A stretch of DNA of 64,000 nt from positions 96,001-160,000 of the forward strand of contig OZ244160.1 in assembly GCA_965216325.1 (NCBI GenBank), given 5' to 3'. Under the pieces are notes generated by a model. It searched no databases and was not told the DNA's origin. It saw nothing but the letters and a program-made list of their open reading frames with translations. How positions within the stretch are numbered: the stretch's first letter is position 1; every line of letters begins with the position of its first letter. A program made the translations under genes and the position numbers. The stretch comes from Coraliomargarita sp. (GTDB lineage: Bacteria > Verrucomicrobiota > Verrucomicrobiia > Opitutales > Coraliomargaritaceae). Below are positions 57,348 through 64,000 of this stretch, piece after piece.

Positions 57348-58032
57348 TTTTCTTTTGCTTGGGATTCAGGCAGGCGCGGCCAAAGGCATCGCGTAGTGTT
57401 GCTTGGCTATTCGCTGAGACGCCGCTGGCATGCAGGTATGTGTTGATAAAACTCTCGGGGAATTCGCCGGCGAGCAAGTCAATGTCCTGTTGGTAGCGGG
57501 TGATGTGTTCGAAGTTTCGACAGCGCTCCTGCAGGGTGAGTGCACGTTTACGCCGAAAGTGCATGTCAGCGACGTCGATGAGCCCAAGTGCACCATTTTC
57601 AAGGACAAGCACGTTTCCGAGGTGTAAGGATCTGAAGTGGACGCCTTTGTCGTGCAGTTCAGCTACAAATTGACCATAGGTCTGCAGCAATGCTTGCTTC
57701 GTCTCGGGCTTGGCTTCTGCGAGTGAGTGGCGCAAGCTAGTGCCCGGAAGTGCGGGATAGAGAATGGCATGTCGGTCCAGGCTCGGAATATTGAAGACGG
57801 ATTCGACTTCGATCGTGGGAATACCCAGCGCACGGAGCTTGTCGGCGTTTATCTTGAAACGCAGTCCGTAGGGCAGCCACAGTTGTGAAGAAAAGAGGCT
57901 TTTACGGCGAAAGAGTTTCACGATGCGGCCATCGCTTAATTGAGCGACTTTTAAAAGCCCAAACTCGCTCTCGAGTATGGTGGCGCCTGCGACTAGGGCT
58001 TCGAATTGAGCTTTGGTTTTACTGGGCAGCAT
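57334..58032 (-). CDS. kinase-like protein, toluene-tolerance/PA4998-like
   Basis: VKLFRRK..FSS, F..NA..L..LGIPT, LHDKGVHFRSLHLGNV and LIDVADM motifs. Start set at ATG 58032. Confidence 0.8.
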   Translation of the reverse strand: MLPSKTKAQFEALVAGATILESEFGLLKVAQLSDGRIVKLFRRKSLFSSQLWLPYGLRFKINADKLRALGIPTIEVESVFNIPSLDRHAILYPALPGTSLRHSLAEAKPETKQALLQTYGQFVAELHDKGVHFRSLHLGNVLVLENGALGLIDVADMHFRRKRALTLQERCRNFEHITRYQQDIDLLAGEFPESFINTYLHASGVSANSQATLRDAFGRACLNPKQKKNVSN

Positions 58033-58837
58033 GGGCTCTTTTCTGGCGTTGTTCGTCGTCTTTCGGGTCGAAGCGCTGCTTACGAAACTGGCTGACTGCG
58101 TGGGCAAACTGAGTCACTTGCTCGCTGGATTCCGGCAAGTTTAGATAATGTGCGACGAAGCGACGTCGTTCCTCCTCCGTGCACGCGAAGCGAGCGATCT
58201 TGTCCAGCGTTGCACAGTCCTTGAGTTTTCCGTGTTCCTGTGGCCAGGGGGGGCGGTGGAAATCGCCCTTGGGGCAATCGATCCAGAAGGTTTCCACCTG
58301 ATCGCCGTTGAGGCGCGCCAGTAAGTTGCGCCACTTCAGGTCTTTGTGGAAGAAACTGTATGCGTGAATCCGTGCGGTGGCTTGGCCGAGTTGTTGGATG
58401 AGTTGATCGCGACGCGTGCAATACTCTGCTCGACTACGGTCCGGGCAGTGTTGCTTGACGAACTCGTCGAGCGTTTGGGTATTGGGCACCGCTTCGGTAA
58501 TGATAAATTCGTCGACCAGTTTGCCGAAGCGGTTCTTACGCTCGCCCCAGGCCACGACCCGTGCCGCGGGAATCCCGCTTTGCTGGAAGAAGATCAAGTT
58601 ACGCGCCTCAGTCCGGCTACGCCCAGGGCGCCAGAGGCGCTCGAGTAGGTGCTGGCGGTAGGTGTAGACTTTAACGAAGACGGGGATTTCGTTACCCTGT
58701 GTGTCGGTGTAACTACGCTCGAATACTGCAGACCGTTGGTTGATCGCCGATGCGTCGACATCGAGTTCAGTCAAGACGGAGACGTCCTTGCGGACGGCTT
58801 CGGTGGCTTGATGGAGTGCTCGTATATCTGGCTGCAT
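58019..58837 (-). CDS. WapP-like LPS heptose kinase (Kdo/WaaP family)
   Basis: FVKVY, EARNLIFF, IITE, FHKDLKWRNLL, WIDCPKG and KDCATLDK motifs. Confidence 0.82.
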   Translation of the reverse strand: MQPDIRALHQATEAVRKDVSVLTELDVDASAINQRSAVFERSYTDTQGNEIPVFVKVYTYRQHLLERLWRPGRSRTEARNLIFFQQSGIPAARVVAWGERKNRFGKLVDEFIITEAVPNTQTLDEFVKQHCPDRSRAEYCTRRDQLIQQLGQATARIHAYSFFHKDLKWRNLLARLNGDQVETFWIDCPKGDFHRPPWPQEHGKLKDCATLDKIARFACTEEERRRFVAHYLNLPESSEQVTQFAHAVSQFRKQRFDPKDDEQRQKRAHAAQ

Positions 58838-58903
58838 GTTACAAGTAGATCACTGTATCCTACGTTCTGCCCTGCAGAACAAGCCATAAAGAATTCTGGA
58901 CGG

Positions 58904-59875
58904 CTAACGGGGCGGTTCGACTTTGAGGACTTCGAGCACTGCCATATAGACTTCGTCGAGTGAGATCGAACCCATGTTGCCATCTGCACGGCGAATGATA
59001 CGTTGCTGCTCGGGCATGGAAGGGTAGGGCCCAAATCGTTCGGGAAGCGTTGGGCCAAAGAGTGTAACCAGCGGGCGCCTGAGTGAGGCAGCTAGATGCA
59101 TAGGGCCACTGTCATTACTGACGATACAGTCTGCTGAGCGCATCAGCTCAGGCAATTGGTCGATTGATGTTTTCTCAGTCAGATTGATGAAGCGATCTGA
59201 GTTCAAGGCTGTTTCCGGTTGGACCAGTTGGTGTCCGCACCAGATGACTTGGCCGATTTCATCCCGTTTAAGTAATTCGCGTGTGAGCGCTTCATAGTCC
59301 GACCAATTTTTCTCCGCACGACGGCTTTCCGGGAAAATAACAACACGCTTCGCTCCGTTTCCGGGGGCTATCAGTTTTAGGGGACTACGTGCAGGCTTGA
59401 ATTCGATTCTATGCGAAAGTGTAGACTCCAGCCCTAGCATTGGCAGGAAGCCTGACAAGATCGTTGCGGCGTGTGTGGGCGAGTCTTTGCTGAGTTTGGT
59501 GGTGAGCTCGTTGTAAGCGAGCCTTGCGCCCTCGCGGGCATCCGAGCGGCCTAATTTTCGTGGGGCTTTGGCGGCTGCTGTAAGGATGCCTGAGCGTGCC
59601 AGCCCTTGTAGGTCGAGCACTGCGTCGTAGGACTGCTCCCGAATCTCATGGACCAGACGTTTGAATCCTTTGAGGCCTCCTTTTCGTTCAAAGATATATG
59701 TGCGATTGATCGCCTTGGCTGAGTGAACGACATCGGCAAATTCTTTGCGCACGACCCAATCAATTTTTACCTCCGGCAGTTGGTTGTGAATCGCTTGTGC
59801 GACCAGTAGCCCATGAATAATGTCGCCTAGGGAGGAGGGCTTAATGATGAGGATTTGCTTCAAGGTGTTTAACAA
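58904..59875 (-). CDS. GT9 heptosyltransferase (WaaC-like)
   Basis: ILIIKPSSLGDIIH, DLQGLARS, KNW, SNDSGPMHLAA and LFGPT motifs. Confidence 0.88.
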   Translation of the reverse strand: MLNTLKQILIIKPSSLGDIIHGLLVAQAIHNQLPEVKIDWVVRKEFADVVHSAKAINRTYIFERKGGLKGFKRLVHEIREQSYDAVLDLQGLARSGILTAAAKAPRKLGRSDAREGARLAYNELTTKLSKDSPTHAATILSGFLPMLGLESTLSHRIEFKPARSPLKLIAPGNGAKRVVIFPESRRAEKNWSDYEALTRELLKRDEIGQVIWCGHQLVQPETALNSDRFINLTEKTSIDQLPELMRSADCIVSNDSGPMHLAASLRRPLVTLFGPTLPERFGPYPSMPEQQRIIRRADGNMGSISLDEVYMAVLEVLKVEPPR

Positions 59876-59877
59876 TT

Positions 59878-59903
59878 GTAGGGGCGTTGCGTGCGACGCC
59901 CGC
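59878..59903 (+). repeat. single GTAG-type REP
   Basis: GTAG-GGGCGTTGC-GT-GCGACGCCC: GTAG tetranucleotide followed by an imperfect palindrome. Confidence 0.6.
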
Positions 59904-59930
59904 AGTGGGAAGGCTTTTCTGATGGGCGGG

Positions 59931-61349
59931 CTACGTTGAGCTAGTCAGGCCTTTGATTAACTTGTTCGAGAAACCTTCTGTCAACTCCGGCTGTTCGCTC
60001 CAGTTTCTCATGAAGCGGGCGTAGTCTTTGGCTTGGCCCTGGAGAAAGGCCTGATCTGAGAGCCCGAACGAAAGCGCGTCGAGGTCGAACAAGAGCGCCT
60101 GCCCCTGTGCATTCACCATCCAGTTGGTCGCTTTCAGATCGCGGTGGACCGCGCGAATTGCCCGCATCGAATCCCAGATTTCGGTAATGGAGGCAATGGT
60201 CTGTTGCTGCGCTTGAGCTGTGCGGTGGGTGGCCAAATAGTCGGGTAGGAGCTGCCCGTCGAGTTGTTCCATTAGCAGGTAGCAGCGGCCCCGGAGCCAG
60301 CCGTTCTGTTCCTCATACACGGCAACTGGTCGCGCGGTTGGGATGTTTGCCAGTAGCAGACACCAGGCATTCGACCAGCTTTTCCGTGCGCGTGACTCTT
60401 TGAAGTTGCGGCGAATGCGTGTAACGAGGGGCTTTAGGTTGTAGCGTTTTAGGACATAGGCCTTCGTGTCGAATTCAAAGCTTTGCACGGTGCAGGTGTT
60501 GCCGGACTTCAGGCGGGTCCCTTGTGCCATGAGTGCTTCCGGATTGGAAAAAAAGTGATCCACCAATTCGCGCTGGGCCGTTTTCGAGTAGAGCCCTTGA
60601 TGTGTGGAGTTGCTGCGAACACCATACTCTGTGCACTCTCGCTGTGTTTTTTGATAGTGCTTTCGCAGCCGTTTGCGATGGCTCTCGGTCGTGGCGGCTC
60701 TCAGTGCTGTCAGTTGTTCGGGCTGTTGGAGCGCCTGATGAAATGCTTTGAGCGCGGTGGGCGCTAGTGTTGCACAGAGAGCAGCGAGGTCTTCCAGGCG
60801 TTGTTTGCTGGTTAGGGGCGTGTTTGTAAAGCGAACGGTGCCGGCATCTAGAAGATACACGCGTGTTCCATCGTATGCCCAGTTGCCGATGTGCTGGTCG
60901 GTTTGGCGCGCACCCGCATCGTGCATCTGTTGCATGATCTGTGCGAGTTGCCCCATCACTTCAGCGGTTTCGGCTTCGTTGAGTTCACCGAGTAGCGTTT
61001 GCAGTGCTTGCGCGTGTTCGATGTAGCGCATGACTACCCATGTGGAGCCGTCGCTAGTGTTCTCCGCGATGAACAATGGTTGGGGCGCGGGTAGGTTTGC
61101 CTGATTCAGTTGCTTGAGCCCCGCCCATTCCAATCTGGAATCACGTTCCTGACGCTTGTGCGGTAGATAGCATTTGCTGACGATGGTCTGATTGCCTTCC
61201 AGCCAATGTCCTGCGTGCACCTCTCGCCGTCCGGGTAAGATGCGTAGTGCATCGCCTCGTTGCAGATTGACAGTGGTGCCCGCCGACACCGTGTCCACTG
61301 CGGATTCGCAGACTCGTAGTGAGAATGTGGATACAGTTGAGGTCGGCAT
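59931..61349 (-). CDS. tandem two-domain LPS kinase (PA5006-like)
   Basis: N-terminal domain LRILPGRR...QTDQHIGNW...LLDAG; C-terminal domain LKSGNTCTV, LKRYN, SRARKSW, HRDLKATN, FDLD. Confidence 0.82.
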   Translation of the reverse strand: MPTSTVSTFSLRVCESAVDTVSAGTTVNLQRGDALRILPGRREVHAGHWLEGNQTIVSKCYLPHKRQERDSRLEWAGLKQLNQANLPAPQPLFIAENTSDGSTWVVMRYIEHAQALQTLLGELNEAETAEVMGQLAQIMQQMHDAGARQTDQHIGNWAYDGTRVYLLDAGTVRFTNTPLTSKQRLEDLAALCATLAPTALKAFHQALQQPEQLTALRAATTESHRKRLRKHYQKTQRECTEYGVRSNSTHQGLYSKTAQRELVDHFFSNPEALMAQGTRLKSGNTCTVQSFEFDTKAYVLKRYNLKPLVTRIRRNFKESRARKSWSNAWCLLLANIPTARPVAVYEEQNGWLRGRCYLLMEQLDGQLLPDYLATHRTAQAQQQTIASITEIWDSMRAIRAVHRDLKATNWMVNAQGQALLFDLDALSFGLSDQAFLQGQAKDYARFMRNWSEQPELTEGFSNKLIKGLTSST

Positions 61350-61368
61350 TTGGCTTGTCTAGCTTGAT

Positions 61369-61430
61369 GGAGGGAAATGCTCCGTCATTTTCACTTGCAG
61401 TATGGCGGCAACGACGGAGCGTTGCCCTCC
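61369..61430. repeat. GGAG-type REP inverted doublet
   Basis: GGAGGGAAATGCTCCGTCATTTTC (61369-61392) and, on the minus strand, GGAGGGCAACGCTCCGTCGTTGCC (61430-61407). Confidence 0.75.
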
Positions 61431-61459
61431 AAATCAGGAATTTGGCTTAGGAGGCGCAT

Positions 61460-63367
61460 CTAGTTGAGGTGCTGTGATAAGGCTTTAAACACGGTTTCGG
61501 CGGAAATCTGATCGATGGGCATGCCGCCAGTTGCCGGACAGCCTTCGGGTTGCAGGATAGCTGCAGGCGCATCGAAAATGGGGCCGGTGCGCACCGGGTT
61601 TGTTGGTCCAAAGATGGCGACTACGGGCGTGCCGAGCATATTCGCGAGGTGCATGCCTCCGGTATCGTTGCACACAATCGCTCGGCAGTCGTGCAATCCG
61701 TCGCAAAATTCATCCAAGTTGGTTTTTCCGGCAAGGTTGGTCACGCGTGCTTCGGGGAAGCCTTTGGCGACCTCGCGTGTAATGGCGTCGTCGGCAGGTG
61801 TGCCAAACAGAAGTATCTCTACTTCAGGTGCGGATTCGATGATGCGTTCGACCAGTTGTCGCCAATGTGTAATCGGCCAGCGCTTCTCTGGTGAGTTTTC
61901 GGTGCCACAAATGAGGCCGACCTGCGGCGGTACACTGGCATCCTGCTTACGTGGTAGTGCTGTGGTGTCGAGCGGCTCGAGTAGTCCATAACGGCGCAAC
62001 ATCATTTCCCAGACTGCAGTCTGGTGGATCTTGGTTTCGTCGATGTCCTCCGGCAGTAGATAGGAGTCCGTTAGTAATGGGCGTTTTTTGCCGGGGCGTA
62101 ACATGCCGAAGCGCTGGTCACAGCGGGTTAAGAATGCTTCGAGATCGCTTCGGGCTGAGTTGGTGAAGAGTAAGTAGCAGTCGGGGTAGCGGCGACGTAG
62201 TTTGTAGAATTCGCGAAAGTAGCCAGCTCCTTGCTTGGGCAGTGCGATGAATTGATCGCCGACACCGAGCCGGTCAACAAGCGGTTTGAATGCGGCCTTG
62301 CCGATCAGAGTGATCTCCATGTCCGGGCGTCCAGCGCGAAGGGCACGGAGGAGGGGCAGGGCCATGACGACATCGCCCAGCCAGTTTGGCATGCGGATCC
62401 ACAGACGGGTCTTGCGGGGCACAGCCGAGCGGCCGAGGTAGCGGTTCTGCGCCTCGAGGTGGCTCTTTTTAGGGCTGATCTTGAAGCGCTTGACTGGGTT
62501 GTTCTGGTGGTCCCAGCGCATGTGTAACCAGAGCCAGTCCGCAGCACAGTTGAAGCCGCGCTGCAGGTGCTGCTCGAGTGCTTGGTGCCCGGCGATGGAG
62601 ACTTCCTCGACAGATTGTGGTTTGGGGAGTTGTTGGAGATGCAGGCGCGCACGCCAGAGCCCGATGCGTTCCGGAATCGCGATAAATACATCTGCGTCGA
62701 AGCGTTTGACGAGTAGGCCAGGCAGATCGGTGGCCGAGCAGACGCGATCCATGAAGGTGATCATGGAGCCCTTCTTGGATGCGTTTTGGTCGTAGAGCAC
62801 GGCGACGGTTTCACCTTCGCGCAGCGCCGCCATGGCCTGATTGAAACCATCGCGCTTGGAGAGCATATTTGCACCGAAGCGTGAGCGCTGTTCGCCCAGC
62901 CATGCATCGATTTTGGCTTGGTTGAGTGGGCGAAAGATGACGTTGACCTTGCTTTCGTAAGGAATCGCGCGTGGCAGCAGAATCATGGATTCCGCCATGC
63001 AGACATGTGGCAGGAGTAAGACGGATGCTTTCTTATTGTCTTTGTTCGACTCAAACCAGTCGTTGATACGCGTCTGCACCTCATCGTCAATTTGGAGCAC
63101 TCGGCTTAGGCGTTCCTCGCTAAAGTAAGCGGACGCGGCGACAAAGAGCCCCATCTCCACAGTGCGGGCGCAGGATTCATAATACAGTTTGCGGCGCCAT
63201 TGCTCCGTTTCTTCGGGATAGGCGTGGTGGAGACTGCGCAGGATATCGCGGCGGCGATGCGGCTGGGAGAGGCCGACAATCCGGCCCAAGCATATGCAGC
63301 CTGCCCGAACGATGGGCTCAGGTGCAGTGGCACAGACGCGACCAAGTAATTTAAGTAAGAAAAGCAC
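61460..63367 (-). CDS. fusion of lipid A late acyltransferase (LpxL-like) and GT9 heptosyltransferase II (WaaF-like)
   Basis: N-terminal half HVCMAE (Hx4E), FRPLN, LYDQNA, WLWLHMRW; C-terminal half RMPNWLGDVVMA, KRWP, NLAGKT, CNDTGGMH, FGPT. Confidence 0.88.
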   Translation of the reverse strand: MLFLLKLLGRVCATAPEPIVRAGCICLGRIVGLSQPHRRRDILRSLHHAYPEETEQWRRKLYYESCARTVEMGLFVAASAYFSEERLSRVLQIDDEVQTRINDWFESNKDNKKASVLLLPHVCMAESMILLPRAIPYESKVNVIFRPLNQAKIDAWLGEQRSRFGANMLSKRDGFNQAMAALREGETVAVLYDQNASKKGSMITFMDRVCSATDLPGLLVKRFDADVFIAIPERIGLWRARLHLQQLPKPQSVEEVSIAGHQALEQHLQRGFNCAADWLWLHMRWDHQNNPVKRFKISPKKSHLEAQNRYLGRSAVPRKTRLWIRMPNWLGDVVMALPLLRALRAGRPDMEITLIGKAAFKPLVDRLGVGDQFIALPKQGAGYFREFYKLRRRYPDCYLLFTNSARSDLEAFLTRCDQRFGMLRPGKKRPLLTDSYLLPEDIDETKIHQTAVWEMMLRRYGLLEPLDTTALPRKQDASVPPQVGLICGTENSPEKRWPITHWRQLVERIIESAPEVEILLFGTPADDAITREVAKGFPEARVTNLAGKTNLDEFCDGLHDCRAIVCNDTGGMHLANMLGTPVVAIFGPTNPVRTGPIFDAPAAILQPEGCPATGGMPIDQISAETVFKALSQHLN

Positions 63368-63479
63368 TGGCGAAAATAAAGACGTGGTTCCCGAGCGAAG
63401 CGTTTAGATCGATCATTACAGAAGCCGAAGCTGTATTAGGAAGGATCGATGTTGAGACAGGCAATGCCAAATACGCGGC

Positions 63480-64000
63480 CTACTCGGCGGCTTGAGCCTG
63501 CTGCCAGCGTGCAAATTGATACTCAGGGGCATCGGGAAGTATGGTCTGGGTCGCCAGCGTAAGCAGTTCTAGAGCTGTGGTTTGGTGGCCCGTGGCAAAT
63601 TCGTGCTGTGCCATCCAGAATGCGGCTTCGCATAGGCGTGTCTGGGCAGCCTTGGGGCTGTTGGCGATGCCTGCTTGGTCGAGCACGGCCTTGCGGTCGA
63701 GCTGACCGCTGCAGTAGCCGTAGTAGTAGCCCAGCATGGCAGAGCCGTCGTTTCGTTCGGCTCTTGCTTGGAGTTGCTCGAGTGCGATGGCGCGGTTCAT
63801 TTCAGAGGATAAGATGTAGTCCAGATAGTAGGCCGATGTATTCGCGTTCGCTTTGGTGAGGCTAAAATACTGCTCCAGAGAGGCTCTGGCACTTTGCTTT
63901 TGGCCGATGGTATAGGCGAGCAGGCTGTGCAGGAGTTGTAGGCTTGCGTTATCTGCCTGACTGGTCGCTGCCTGAGCGATATTGGCTTCCGCATCGCTGA
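63480..64000 (-). CDS. 3' part of a TPR/NlpI-like protein (partial; runs off the window)
   Basis: The frame of the 63480-63800 ORF stays open to the window end (SDAEANIAQ...YYLDYILSSEMNRAI...). The C-terminus RLCEAAFWMAQ...EYQFARW resembles the NlpI tail. Confidence 0.6.
   Translation of the reverse strand, partial: SDAEANIAQAATSQADNASLQLLHSLLAYTIGQKQSARASLEQYFSLTKANANTSAYYLDYILSSEMNRAIALEQLQARAERNDGSAMLGYYYGYCSGQLDRKAVLDQAGIANSPKAAQTRLCEAAFWMAQHEFATGHQTTALELLTLATQTILPDAPEYQFARWQQAQAAE

Noticed and set aside
63797..63994. Separate 65-aa ORF or frameshift near the window end
   Set aside because: The frame of 63480-63800 is open to the edge, so this is one partial gene and the small ORF is an alternative-frame artefact.

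Overview
Bacterial chromosome segment, most likely from an Opitutales verrucomicrobium such as Coraliomargarita/Puniceicoccaceae (inferred from gene content, gene order and repeat types). There are three zones. (1) 1-39.3 kb holds housekeeping genes: ispD-pyrF/ispE-ptsI, purH, aspS, an LptC-LptA x3 fusion with lptB-hprK-pseudokinase-aroK-engB-Hpt, an NSS transporter with an unannotated 49-aa partner, lptF/G, ispA, a cation/proton antiporter with a PTS-EIIA domain, cysE and pheST-gatCAB. (2) 39.3-42.4 kb is a decayed accessory hotspot right after gatB: an AT-rich orphan with a possible nuclease motif, a HigB toxin stump with an intact HigA, a Fic tail, an ISL3 element with no target duplication, and a beheaded gene. 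(3) 42.5-64 kb is an LPS cluster with a Pseudomonas-like set of core kinases and a carbamoyltransferase, a GDP-3,6-dideoxyhexose (colitose-like) module and two unusual fusions. The most striking non-coding signal is that every junction in pheS-pheT-gatC-gatA-gatB, plus aspS/lptC and the hotspot, carries a palindromic element built from short periodic units (6, 7 or 9-10 nt). Several unrelated GTAG/GGAG REP-like doublets are also present. No rRNA, tRNA or CRISPR array was seen. All protein calls come from reading motifs by eye; no database search was run.
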